Positions 50,793-59,995 of a DNA stretch of 64,000 nucleotides are shown piece by piece (within the stretch, counting starts at the first letter, position 1; each line of letters starts with the position of its first letter). The stretch covers positions 105,874 through 169,873 of the forward strand of contig CAZOMY010000001.1 of NCBI GenBank assembly GCA_964581115.1, read 5' to 3'. The notes beneath the pieces were generated by a model that did no database searches, was not told the origin of the DNA, and was given only the letters and a program-made list of their open reading frames with translations. Both the position numbers and the translations under genes were made by a program. Source of the stretch: an uncultured Ignavibacteriaceae bacterium (lineage in GTDB: Bacteria > Bacteroidota > Ignavibacteria > UBA10030).

Positions 50793-51160
50793 TGGAGGTG
50801 CGGGGAGTCGAACCCCGGTCCGAAGAAAAGGCGCGCAGAACGTCTCCATACGTAGCCGACCTTTTGCTCTCGCGCCAGGGAACTCCAGTCGGCAGGATAC
50901 CCCTGGTGCCAGCCACGGTGGAGCCCTTTCGGGGCTTCGCTTCCCGCCCCGTCGCACGGCGGGTCGCTAGCCTGTCATTGCGGCGTTTCTTCGCGCGCCG
51001 ACAGGCGGGCACGCGGGAAACGGGCTGCTTAACGATTAAGCAGCCAGAGCGTAAGTGTTGTTGGCACTTATGCAGTGTGTGCCAAGGATTAGCGTGGTCC
51101 GGCACCCCCACGGTATGCAGTTCTGAACCCCTCATTCCCCGTCGAAGCCAGGTCACCCCC
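50793..51160 (-). ncRNA. ssrA: tmRNA (SsrA)
   Basis: 5' end GGGGGUGACCUGGCUUCGACGGGG matches the E. coli start GGGGCUGAUUCUGGAUUCGACGGG. 3' end GGACCGGGGUUCGACUCCCCGCACCUCCA has the T-arm, acceptor strand and a G3:U wobble pair. Internal ORF GCC AAC AAC ACU UAC GCU CUG GCU GCU UAA gives tag ANNTYALAA (plus strand 51036-51065). CCA is not fully encoded. Confidence 0.85.
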
Positions 51161-51221
51161 AATGAGGCATTCCATCCAAGGTACGCGGTTCGCGGCGCAG
51201 AATCAAATGACGAAATTGTTA

Positions 51222-52067
51222 TCAGGACCCAACTCCTTCTGTCTCTTTCGGATACAGTATCTTGAGGCGTTTCGTCAGTATCCGGTAGGCTTCGTCGGGC
51301 GTGTCGGCGAACTCGAAGAGATCGAGGTCCTCCGGGCTGACCAGTCGCCTTTTCACAAATTCGTCGAAGTGAATGACGCTGTTCCAGAACTCCCTCCCGT
51401 AAAGTACGACGACGACGGGCTTCTTGATCTTCTTGGTCTGGAGGAGTGTCAGGACCTCCATCAGTTCGTCGAAGGTTCCGAATCCGCCGGGGAACATCAC
51501 GAAGGCTTTGGCCAAGTAGACGAACCAGAACTTTCGCATGAAGAAGTAATGAAACTCGAAGTTCAGGTCCGGTGAAATGTACGGATTCGGAGTCTGCTCG
51601 AACGGGAGGCTGATATTGAGCCCGATCGAACGTCCCTTGGCCAGTTCAGCTCCGCGGTTGGCAGCTTCCATGATTCCGGGTCCGCCACCCGAGCAGACGA
51701 CGAACCGGTTCAGTTGGAAGAGCCGCTTTGACCATTGGGTCATCATGCGAGAAAGCTGTACGGCATCTTCATAGTAGTGCGACATCTCCAGGTCGGTCGT
51801 CGCGTCCGTAACCGCACGCAGCTGCCGCTTTGTCGGTCGGCGCGACGTCCCTCGCTGCGCCTTTGTTAACGCCTTCTTCGCGTCGACACGCGACATGAGC
51901 CGAGCGCTTCCGAAAAAGACAACAGTATCGCGGATCCCTTTTCTGCGGAACTGCGACAGCGGATGGAGGAATTCCGAGAGGATGCGAAGCGACCGGGCAT
52001 CGGGGCTGTTCAAAAACTCAAGGTCTTTATATGATTTCTCGGCTCGTCCGAGCGGCTTTCTGGCCAT
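51222..52067 (-). CDS. LOG family protein (TIGR00730, nucleotide 5'-monophosphate nucleosidase-like)
   Basis: GGGPGIMEAANRGA and PGGFGTFDELME are LOG motifs. Confidence 0.8.
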   Translation of the reverse strand: MARKPLGRAEKSYKDLEFLNSPDARSLRILSEFLHPLSQFRRKGIRDTVVFFGSARLMSRVDAKKALTKAQRGTSRRPTKRQLRAVTDATTDLEMSHYYEDAVQLSRMMTQWSKRLFQLNRFVVCSGGGPGIMEAANRGAELAKGRSIGLNISLPFEQTPNPYISPDLNFEFHYFFMRKFWFVYLAKAFVMFPGGFGTFDELMEVLTLLQTKKIKKPVVVVLYGREFWNSVIHFDEFVKRRLVSPEDLDLFEFADTPDEAYRILTKRLKILYPKETEGVGS

Positions 52068-52103
52068 CGTGTGCGTGTTCCTTCTGAATGGCGAATATGG
52101 AGT

Positions 52104-52982
52104 CTACGCGTAGATACCTTCTTCCGGGTCTGTGTCGACGGGGCGCAGGATCGCCCCTTGTGGGGTGTTGACCGACCTGCCCTCTCTTAGATGGTCAAGC
52201 CGGAGGAACCCGAGGGAATGGATGCGCGTCGCGCCGATCGCGATGGACGTGACGACCCCGGCTTCGGCTCCCCCGCTGGTTTGCAGCGTCACGGGAGCAG
52301 ATTCCCCGGGGTCGAGCATGCCCTCGAATCGCGTCAAAGCCATCTGCACTTTGCGATAGGCATCGAGACGAGCGATCACCTCTTGTCCGATGTAGCAACC
52401 CTTGGTAAAGCTGATCAGGCTCCGAAGACGGCACTCCAACGGATGGCGCCGTTCACCGACCTCGTTCGGTGGCCACGGCACAGCCGCTGCGACACGATCG
52501 CGCATGAACGACGGACTGTCCACGACTTGCAGCGCGAGCGACGCGGCATTGCGAGGAAGGATCGCCAATCCCCAGCGGTGACGTCCCATTACGACAGGCA
52601 CGATGGAATCGGGGATCGTCTCCGGAAGCTCCCAGCAGCCGTCGGACCCCTCGGCGTATACTACCGCGGTAGAATACGCTTCGGAAACGTCGTCGACGGT
52701 CGCATCTTCCATGATGATGAATCGCTCCAGCCATCGGGCGACCCTTCCGTCATTGTCGCCGATTCCGGCGACGAGCAAGGAACCGTGAGGCTCGGGCAAA
52801 ATGCACGCCAGGTCGACCACGCGTCCCTTCTCGTTCGTCAGCAAGGTGGCAACCGGTTGCGCCTGCGTGAGCGGCGAGGTGTCCGCCGTCGAGATACGCT
52901 GCAGGAGGTCCCTCGATTCCGTGCCCGTCATTCGATAGACGCGCCGCGACACCAGCGGATGCTGCTTGGCCTCTCCGCTCAT
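52104..52982 (-). CDS. ygfZ: YgfZ-family folate-binding protein (GcvT-like fold)
   Basis: KGCYIGQE signature motif near the C-terminal third. Confidence 0.75.
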   Translation of the reverse strand: MSGEAKQHPLVSRRVYRMTGTESRDLLQRISTADTSPLTQAQPVATLLTNEKGRVVDLACILPEPHGSLLVAGIGDNDGRVARWLERFIIMEDATVDDVSEAYSTAVVYAEGSDGCWELPETIPDSIVPVVMGRHRWGLAILPRNAASLALQVVDSPSFMRDRVAAAVPWPPNEVGERRHPLECRLRSLISFTKGCYIGQEVIARLDAYRKVQMALTRFEGMLDPGESAPVTLQTSGGAEAGVVTSIAIGATRIHSLGFLRLDHLREGRSVNTPQGAILRPVDTDPEEGIYA

Positions 52983-54202
52983 GGCGTGTTTCGAGCTTGG
53001 GCCCGGAGCGTGATCAACGTCATCTCGAGCGGTGCATGGAATCGTATGGGCGCGAGCGTGAATCCGAGCCCGTTCGTCACATTCACGACCGTGCGCCCGA
53101 CCTGATAGTCGCCGCTGACATACGGTGACTCGAAGGATGCAGGCGCCAGCAAGGCGATGCCGGGGAACCCGAACGCCACTCCGCCGCCGTGCGTGTGGCC
53201 GGCGAGCACGAGGTCGACCGAATCCTGCGCAGCTCGCCCGACGATCTCGCGATTCGGCTGGTGAGTCAGGAGTATCCGGAATGGCACGCGATGGCTGTTG
53301 AGAAGGCTGTCGAGCGTCCCCGGTCTCGGGCGTTGACGATAGGTATACGTCAACAGCGTCAGGCCGATCTCACCGCGGTCGGTCCTCAGAACGAAACTGG
53401 TGTCATCCGCCACGACGATGCCGTTCCGACGCAAGGCAGAGACGACCATCGACTTGTTGGAGAAGATGTCGTGGTCTCCGACGGCCGCTATGTGGCCGTA
53501 CGGCGCCCTCAAAGTCCCCAGAAGCCGCGCCGTCGATTCGATGTAGTCCGTACCGCCGGTGACGATGTCACCTCCGTTGAGGATCAGGTCGGGTTCGAGC
53601 GCACGCCCCTGCTCGATGAACGTTTGGATCTTGGAAGCGTCCGTTCGTCCATCCCCCTGCACGTCGGAGATCTGCAGGATCCGAAAACCATCCAACGAGG
53701 CAGCTTCGACGGGGAGAGCCACGTCCAATCGGTCGACCCGGGCGTGCGAGGTCTCGACGATCACCGTTGCAACGGAATAGACCGAGATGACGACCCACGA
53801 CCACAGGCTGAAGACGGCGGTTCGACGACGCCAGTCCTCGCGTTCGATGCGGCCGCCGAGACGCAGGACGAGGCCCGCGGCGTCCCAGAGCAGGAAGATG
53901 AAGGTCAACTGAACCAGGATGACGAGGACGGTCCAGAAGGGGTAGACGAGAAAAAGATCGACCCAAACGCTCTCTCCGGAAAAGGCGACCATGGCCCCGC
54001 GACCCTGCGTCCAATACACCAGGAAGGCCACGGGCGGAAGCGCATTGAAAAGCGCGAGGGCGCCAAAAACCGCTCGACGGGTTCCAGAACGGCTCCAGCC
54101 AAAGATGGCGGTTAGGGCACTCGTAAGCTTTCCGCCAGCATAAACGTTGAGAACGAGGAGCGGAACGAACAGCGTCAGTTGCATCATGACCATCCACGGC
54201 AT
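52979..54202 (-). CDS. Membrane-anchored metallophosphoesterase (calcineurin-like)
   Basis: 4-5 N-terminal TM helices followed by GDxHG/GNHD-like motifs (ISDVQGDG, NGGDIV, AVGDHD, AGHTHGGG). Start placed at MPWMVMM so that it abuts the upstream gene. Confidence 0.7.
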   Translation of the reverse strand: MPWMVMMQLTLFVPLLVLNVYAGGKLTSALTAIFGWSRSGTRRAVFGALALFNALPPVAFLVYWTQGRGAMVAFSGESVWVDLFLVYPFWTVLVILVQLTFIFLLWDAAGLVLRLGGRIEREDWRRRTAVFSLWSWVVISVYSVATVIVETSHARVDRLDVALPVEAASLDGFRILQISDVQGDGRTDASKIQTFIEQGRALEPDLILNGGDIVTGGTDYIESTARLLGTLRAPYGHIAAVGDHDIFSNKSMVVSALRRNGIVVADDTSFVLRTDRGEIGLTLLTYTYRQRPRPGTLDSLLNSHRVPFRILLTHQPNREIVGRAAQDSVDLVLAGHTHGGGVAFGFPGIALLAPASFESPYVSGDYQVGRTVVNVTNGLGFTLAPIRFHAPLEMTLITLRAQARNTP

Positions 54203-54207
54203 GGGTC

Positions 54208-54699
54208 TCAGCGCTCCGGAAAGATCGTTCTGAGATGACATCGAAGATCGCGCCAACTCCCGAAGTGTCTGGTCGTGCATCCCTGGATCCATCCGGGAAG
54301 CCGTTCCGGCGGAGTGCGACTGACAAGATAGACAGGGATCCTGTGTCTCCTGGCCAAGGTAAGCTCCCCTTGAGTCCCTGCTCCGCGGCGAGCGCTCCGG
54401 TCCCAGAGGCAAATAACGTAGTCGGAATTCTCTGCGACCAAACGGGAGTCGACATCAACCACCCTACGAAAGAAGGCCGGCCAATCCCCTCCGCGACGGT
54501 ATCGTCCGGTGAGCCGTGCTCCGGAGTTCTTCATGCGTCGCATAAGCGAATTGGAGCGTTTGACCGGATCGATGACACGGTGACCAAGCTCATTACGAAG
54601 CCATATTCCCATGGCATGCCGCCAATCGGCTCCCCTCCTGTCGGCATACTGCATGCCGCCGGAAAGATAGACGGTCACTCTATCCCTTGCAGGCTTCAT
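54208..54699 (-). CDS. Nucleoside 2-deoxyribosyltransferase-like (SLOG superfamily) protein
   Basis: VYLSGGMQY N-terminal motif and DYVICLWD...GTQGELTLA...IPVYLV follow the NDT pattern (IYFGAGWF ... DIMLGVY...GLGMELGYA...YVLLV). Arg-rich. The start overlaps the glcF-like stop by 20 nt. Confidence 0.5.
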   Translation of the reverse strand: MKPARDRVTVYLSGGMQYADRRGADWRHAMGIWLRNELGHRVIDPVKRSNSLMRRMKNSGARLTGRYRRGGDWPAFFRRVVDVDSRLVAENSDYVICLWDRSARRGAGTQGELTLARRHRIPVYLVSRTPPERLPGWIQGCTTRHFGSWRDLRCHLRTIFPER

Positions 54700-55996
54700 C
54701 GAGAAATGTTGCCGTATGAACGACCCGAACGTTGAGCCCGGCTTGACGGAGTCCGTGTTCAATCTGGAGCATGCAACCGGGATTGCCGGTGACGATGATA
54801 TCGGGTCGTGCGGCTTGAATATTCTTCAGCTTTCGCTCGAGGAACTGAGCTGCATCATCGTATCGTACAAGATTATAGATCCCCGCACTTCCACAACACC
54901 ATGAGGCCTCAGGAAGCTCGACATACTCGATGCCGGGAACGGATGCGAGCAATGAGCGCGGTTCTTGGATCACCTTCTGAGTGTGCGCCAGATGACACGC
55001 ATCGTGGTATGTCACACGAAGCGGTCGACCTGCGGCGGCGGCAAGCGTCGTCGTGGGTCGATACCCGTAGTGTGCCAGGAATTGCGTCAGGTCAAGGCAC
55101 TTCTGCGAAAGTTCCGACGCTGTTGAAGCCCATTCCGGATCATCAGCAAACAAATGCCCATACTCCTTCATGAAGGCGCCGCAACCTGCGGAATTCAGGA
55201 TGATGTAGTCCAGCTTGACTGCACTGAAGTGCTTCAGGAGATCCTTGGCCATCGCCCTGGCGGATCCCATGTCACCGTTGTGAGCTGTCAAGGAGCCGCA
55301 GCACGCCTGTCCTTTGGGCGTTATGACCTCACATCCGTGCTTTCTCAGCAGCTCGACGGTGGATGCATTCACGTCGCTGTATGCCACATCCATGATGCAA
55401 CCCGTCAACATGCCGACACGGAAGCGCCGTTCCCCGTATGCCGGAAGGATCTCCGGCAGCGTGTCGGAGCTGAACGTGGAACGGATGACGGGGGCCAGCC
55501 CTTGCGTGGCCGCCAAACGCTTCGAAAAGAGCTTCAGGATCCCGCTCTTGGCGACGAACCAAGCCATTCCGCTGCGCTGGTACCAGCGGAGGATGATCGC
55601 GAGGACCTTCAAGCGCGACTGGTCGGCAAAGACCCAGCCAAGGAAAAAACGCTTCAGGCGCCGAGAGGTCCACGACTCAGCCTTTTGAATGAAGATCTGT
55701 GCTCTTGCCGCCTCGACCAGCGATCCGTATCTCACTCCGGCCGGACAGGCGGTCTCACACGCCTGGCAATCAAGGCAGAAGTTCATCTCTTCGATAAAAC
55801 CATCGGTCATGCCCAACTCCCCTTCCGCCACCGACTTGATCAGCCGGATCCGACCCCTCGGCGATGACCGCTCGAGTCCCGTGATCTGGTAGGTCGGGCA
55901 GGTGGGCAGACAAAGCCCGCAGTGCATGCAATTGGTGATGACGTCGTCGCTCGGTACGTCGATGCCGACGAATGCAGAACGGTCGGCGGTCGTCAT
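54680..55996 (-). CDS. Fe-S cluster-binding oxidoreductase subunit (GlcF-like, two 4Fe-4S motifs plus two CCG domains)
   Basis: CMHCGLCLPTCPTY and CLDCQACETACPAG ferredoxin motifs, with CCG-type cysteine clusters in the C-terminal half. Confidence 0.85.
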   Translation of the reverse strand: MTTADRSAFVGIDVPSDDVITNCMHCGLCLPTCPTYQITGLERSSPRGRIRLIKSVAEGELGMTDGFIEEMNFCLDCQACETACPAGVRYGSLVEAARAQIFIQKAESWTSRRLKRFFLGWVFADQSRLKVLAIILRWYQRSGMAWFVAKSGILKLFSKRLAATQGLAPVIRSTFSSDTLPEILPAYGERRFRVGMLTGCIMDVAYSDVNASTVELLRKHGCEVITPKGQACCGSLTAHNGDMGSARAMAKDLLKHFSAVKLDYIILNSAGCGAFMKEYGHLFADDPEWASTASELSQKCLDLTQFLAHYGYRPTTTLAAAAGRPLRVTYHDACHLAHTQKVIQEPRSLLASVPGIEYVELPEASWCCGSAGIYNLVRYDDAAQFLERKLKNIQAARPDIIVTGNPGCMLQIEHGLRQAGLNVRVVHTATFLDEACKG

Positions 55997-56619
55997 CGAT
56001 ACCTCCGGAACGGAAGTACAAAGAGCATGCCGGCTACAAAACCGCCAATATGCGCCCACCAAGCCACGCCTCCCATGCCCGCTGTTCCGCTTCCGACGGA
56101 CAGCATACCGTTGACGAACTGGAGCACGAACCAGAGTCCCAGCACGATCAGGGCCGGGAGCTCCGCCACCTGCAGGAAGATGAAGATGGGAATGAGCGTC
56201 AGAATGCGCGCCTTGGGAAAAAGTACGAGGTATGCGCCGAGGACGCCTGAGATCGCGCCGCTGGCGCCGACCGTGGGGATCGGAGAAGCGGGATCCATCG
56301 AAACGTGGACGAGTGAGGCGAGGACGCCGCAGAGCAGATAGAAGACGACAAAACGGAATGATCCGAGCTTGTCTTCAACGTTGTCACCAAACACCCAGAG
56401 ATAGAGCATGTTCCCCATAAGATGCATCCAGCCGCCGTGCAGGAACAGCGAGGTGACGATCGCGGTCAGTGCATGGACAGGATCTCCCTGTCCCGACCAA
56501 GCCAAGGTCCAGTCGGCTGGCACGAGGCCGTACGTCAGTATGAACGGCTCGAGGCGGTCGCCGAGCGAGAGCTGGTAGAACCAGGCGAGGATGTTCGCGG
56601 CGATAACACTGATCGTCAC
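55993..56619 (-). CDS. Rhomboid family intramembrane serine protease
   Basis: Six TM helices with the catalytic Ser motif GASGAISG and His in AHIGGF. Confidence 0.85.
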   Translation of the reverse strand: MTISVIAANILAWFYQLSLGDRLEPFILTYGLVPADWTLAWSGQGDPVHALTAIVTSLFLHGGWMHLMGNMLYLWVFGDNVEDKLGSFRFVVFYLLCGVLASLVHVSMDPASPIPTVGASGAISGVLGAYLVLFPKARILTLIPIFIFLQVAELPALIVLGLWFVLQFVNGMLSVGSGTAGMGGVAWWAHIGGFVAGMLFVLPFRRYR

Positions 56620-56660
56620 GAACGGAACGTGCCGGGTCGGATTTCGGTCCTTGAGCGGGA

Positions 56661-58118
56661 TCAGGTGAAAGCCCCTTGAGCGAGGAATCGTTCGACCTGT
56701 TTGCGGTCGCGAGGCAGAGGGCCTTCACACCGGGGCCTGATAGACAGGATCTTGCCCGGATTCAGAATGCCCTCCGGGTCGACGACCTGTTTGAGGGAGC
56801 GCATCATGCTCAACGCTGGAGGGTCCGTGAGTCGCTCAAGGAATCTGCGCTTGGACAGCCCCGTGCCGTGCTCTCCCGTGATCGTCCCGCCGAACCGGAT
56901 CGACTCATTGAAGATCTCCTCGAAAGCGGCTTCGGCCTTGTGGATCTCCGCGGCGTTTCGCTCATCCGTCAGGCAGGTCGGATGCAGATTGCCGTCGCCC
57001 GCATGACCGAAGTTGCCGAAAAGCAATCCGTGGGAATGCGCGATCGCCTGAATGCGTTCGAGCATGGGGGCAACCTCGCTGCGAGGGACGGTGACATCCT
57101 CCAGGATCGTGGTCGGCTTGACGCGGGCCAGCGCAGAAAAGGCCACTTTGCGTGCGCTGCGTAATCGTGCGGCCTCGCCGGCATCGCGTGCGACACGCAC
57201 GTCACCAGCCCGATGTTGTCGACAGATCGCCTCGATCGTGGCCAGGTCATCTTCGACGACGGCCGGTCGGCCATCAACCTCGATCAACAGCAATGCATCG
57301 ATGGAGGTCGGAAGTCCGAGATGCGCGAACTCTTCGACACAGCGTACCGTTGTCTGGTCGAGGAACTCGAGCGCCGCGGGCATGATCCGTGCCGCAATGA
57401 TCGCCGAAACGGTCTCCGCCGCCTCACTCATCGAATCAAAGAAGGCCAGAAGGGTCCTGGACGACTCCGGTCTCGGCATGAGGCGCAACAGGATCTTTGT
57501 GAAGATGCCGAGCGTTCCCTCGGAGCCGATGAGGACGTCCTTGAGGTTGTAGCCGGCGACATCCTTGACCGATTTTCCGCCCAGGAGCATCTGCTCTCCC
57601 GAGGGAAGGACGACCTCCATCCCGAGGACGTAGTTCTTCGTAACGCCATACTTGAGCCCGCGCAGGCCGCCCGCATTCTCGGCAACATTACCCCCGATGG
57701 TGGAGATCGCGGCGCTGCCGGGGTCCGGCGGATAGAACAGACCGCGAGATTCCACCTCTGCTTGAAGCTTCGCGGTAATGACGCCCGGCTCCACCCATGC
57801 TGTCAGGTTGCGCTCGTCGATCTCGATGATACGGGTCCAATGGTTGGTCAAGAGGACGACGGAGTTCTCGACAGGAACGGAGCCGCCGCTCAGGCCCGAC
57901 CCCGAACCCCGAGGAACGACAGAGAATCGTTCTTCGTGCGCAAGCCGCAGGATCGCGGAAATGTGTTCGGCTGAGCGGGGGCGCAGAACGGCAAGCGGCA
58001 GATGGCTGAGAAGCGGCGTGCCGTCGAAGGAGTGAGTGATCCGGTCTTCGTCCGAAGTCAGGACGTTCTCGGTACCCAGGAGCGTGACGAGCTGTTGATG
58101 AGCCCGGGAAGAGAGCAT
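56661..58118 (-). CDS. FAD-linked oxidase (GlcD-like; glycolate/D-lactate dehydrogenase family)
   Basis: FAD-binding PCMH domain (RGSGSGLSGG) and a C-terminal FAD-oxidase domain (GTITGEHGTG). Confidence 0.9.
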   Translation of the reverse strand: MLSSRAHQQLVTLLGTENVLTSDEDRITHSFDGTPLLSHLPLAVLRPRSAEHISAILRLAHEERFSVVPRGSGSGLSGGSVPVENSVVLLTNHWTRIIEIDERNLTAWVEPGVITAKLQAEVESRGLFYPPDPGSAAISTIGGNVAENAGGLRGLKYGVTKNYVLGMEVVLPSGEQMLLGGKSVKDVAGYNLKDVLIGSEGTLGIFTKILLRLMPRPESSRTLLAFFDSMSEAAETVSAIIAARIMPAALEFLDQTTVRCVEEFAHLGLPTSIDALLLIEVDGRPAVVEDDLATIEAICRQHRAGDVRVARDAGEAARLRSARKVAFSALARVKPTTILEDVTVPRSEVAPMLERIQAIAHSHGLLFGNFGHAGDGNLHPTCLTDERNAAEIHKAEAAFEEIFNESIRFGGTITGEHGTGLSKRRFLERLTDPPALSMMRSLKQVVDPEGILNPGKILSIRPRCEGPLPRDRKQVERFLAQGAFT

Positions 58119-58199
58119 GGCAGGAGTAAGATAGGCGAAAACGTAAGGAGTATCAACGAGACGAGTGGCGACTCATCCTGAGGCTTCTTACGTTATTCA

Positions 58200-58598
58200 A
58201 TGATTCGTCGAGACACATCTTCCATCCCGGTGCTTCTCGTATTCGTCGCCAGCTGGATCGGGGTTGCCTCATGTCAACCGACACCCGACGCTCCGATGGC
58301 CAAGCCTGATCCGGCGTTGAGCGTAGCGAAGTCAGCGACGGTGGCCCCACCGAGGCCCATCGAGGAAATGACACGAGCCGAGCGGCAAGCCTTCGTCGCA
58401 GTCCTTCGAGATTCGGGGGCATATCGCTGCTGTACGGACCCCGCTTGTACTTCCTGCTTGGACGAAGTCGACCCTCGATGTCGGTGTGGCGATGCCCTGC
58501 GAGCCAAGGACCCGGTATGCGGTGAGTGCTTTCGCGGCTGGCAACGCGGTCGCGGTTCCGTTCCAGGCGTCGAAGTCTCATCGGTCACCCGGCGCTGA
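58200..58598 (+). CDS. Small cysteine-rich lipoprotein
   Basis: Signal peptide with lipobox VASC. C-terminal half has nine Cys residues: YRCCTDPACTSCLDEVDPRCRCGDALRAKDPVCGECF. Confidence 0.5.
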   Translation: MIRRDTSSIPVLLVFVASWIGVASCQPTPDAPMAKPDPALSVAKSATVAPPRPIEEMTRAERQAFVAVLRDSGAYRCCTDPACTSCLDEVDPRCRCGDALRAKDPVCGECFRGWQRGRGSVPGVEVSSVTRR

Positions 58599-58614
58599 TT
58601 CAACCCCCTCCGTT

Positions 58615-59169
58615 CTACTTCAATCCCAATCGGTCGGCATCGTTCTTCATCGCTTCGATCACGAACGCGATGTGCTCGTCCAGAGGCACACCCAACTCGG
58701 CGGCCCCCTGGATGATATCCTCGCGGCTGACGTTCCGCGCGAATGCCTTGTCCTTGAGCTTTTTCTTGACCGACGAGACCTCAAGATCCATGATCTTGTT
58801 CGGTCGTACGATGGCGGCGGCTCCGATGAATCCGCTCAGCTCGTCGCATGCAAAGAGCACCTTGGCCATCAACGACCCGCGGGGAACTCCGGTGTAGCTG
58901 GCGTGGCCGAGGATCGCAACGCGGATCTCTTCAGAATACCCCCTCTCCTTAAGGATCACCGATCCTCGTAGCGGATGATCAGGCGGATTCGGATACTTTT
59001 CATAGTCGAAATCGTGCAGAACCGCCGTGATCGCCCACGTCTCTTCATCCTGAGACCACTTTCTCGCGTAGGCCCGCATGGCTGCCTCGACTCCATACAT
59101 ATGTTTCCGCAGGGCGTCGCTCAGCGTGAACTCGCGCATGAGCGCATCAGCATCGGCATAGGTTGGCAT
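58615..59169 (-). CDS. HD-domain phosphohydrolase
   Basis: AVLHDFD...H...D follows an HD motif arrangement. Confidence 0.75.
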   Translation of the reverse strand: MPTYADADALMREFTLSDALRKHMYGVEAAMRAYARKWSQDEETWAITAVLHDFDYEKYPNPPDHPLRGSVILKERGYSEEIRVAILGHASYTGVPRGSLMAKVLFACDELSGFIGAAAIVRPNKIMDLEVSSVKKKLKDKAFARNVSREDIIQGAAELGVPLDEHIAFVIEAMKNDADRLGLK

Positions 59170-59233
59170 GGGCTAGAAGATTATTGAAGTGAACGAAGGC
59201 ACCACCGTCAAGGGTGTTGAATCGGCTAAAGCC

Positions 59234-59932
59234 TTAATGTGGCGCTCGAGGTGTGCGTGATGAGGTCTGTCTGGTATGAACGCCGAGGATCGCGGAGGGG
59301 CAGAGACGATTGAGAGCGCATTCATCACACTTCGGGCGTCGAGCAATGCACGTCTTTCGGCCATGCAGGATGAGCAGGTTGCTGAAGTCGTACCAATCCT
59401 TCTGCGGCAGGATCCGCATAAGATCTTGCTCGATCTTGACCGGGTCGTTGTTCTTGGTCAACCCCAGAAGTCGGGTGATCCGTTGCACGTGCGTGTCGAC
59501 GACGACGCCCGAGTTAACGCCGTACGCGGCCCCCATGACGCAATTGGCGGTCTTACGCCCGACCCCGGGCAAAGCGACCAACTCATCGAAGGTCCGAGGT
59601 ACCTCTCCTCCATGTCTTTCGAGAATGGTTTGACTGCAGGCGCGTATGTTCTTTGCTTTCATGCGAAAGAAGCCAGTCGAACGAATCTTTTGCTCAAGTT
59701 CGAGGATATCCGCCTTTGCCAAGGACCGGGGGTCCGGATATCGCCTGAACAGCCCAGGTGTCACCTTGTTGACTCGCTCATCCGTGCATTGTGCGGAGAG
59801 GATGGTTGCGACCAACAGTTCATAGGGATTGCGAAATTGCAGAGCGGTCGTTGCCCCGGGAAACGCCTTTCTCAGGAGCTTCACGATCGCGCGAGCCTTC
59901 TTCTTCAGTATCGCCGGTTCGGGATATTTCAT
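59234..59932 (-). CDS. nth: Endonuclease III
   Basis: HhH-GPD region LPGVGRKTANCV, catalytic Lys/Asp, and a C-terminal 4Fe-4S cluster CxxxxxxCxxCxxxxxC (CIARRPKCDECALNRLC). Confidence 0.9.
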   Translation of the reverse strand: MKYPEPAILKKKARAIVKLLRKAFPGATTALQFRNPYELLVATILSAQCTDERVNKVTPGLFRRYPDPRSLAKADILELEQKIRSTGFFRMKAKNIRACSQTILERHGGEVPRTFDELVALPGVGRKTANCVMGAAYGVNSGVVVDTHVQRITRLLGLTKNNDPVKIEQDLMRILPQKDWYDFSNLLILHGRKTCIARRPKCDECALNRLCPSAILGVHTRQTSSRTPRAPH

Positions 59933-59995
59933 GTTGCTCGAACTTGCATGAATCTAAACGATGATTTTCGTTGTAGTATAATGAATTACATCGCA

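Noticed and set aside
44600-50800. Genomic island integrated at the tmRNA 3' end
   Set aside because: There is a moderately lower-GC stretch adjacent to the ssrA 3' end. However, its genes are housekeeping (purL, dapF, two-component system), no integrase is present, and I saw no direct repeat of the ssrA 3' end.
52191-54115. Plus-strand ORFs 52191-53105 and 53189-54115
   Set aside because: They are antisense to the ygfZ and metallophosphoesterase genes and have Arg/Asp-rich junk composition.
58153-58603. Minus-strand ORFs opposite the Cys-rich lipoprotein
   Set aside because: The plus-strand frame has a bona fide signal peptide and lipobox. The minus frames are Arg/Ser-rich with no features.
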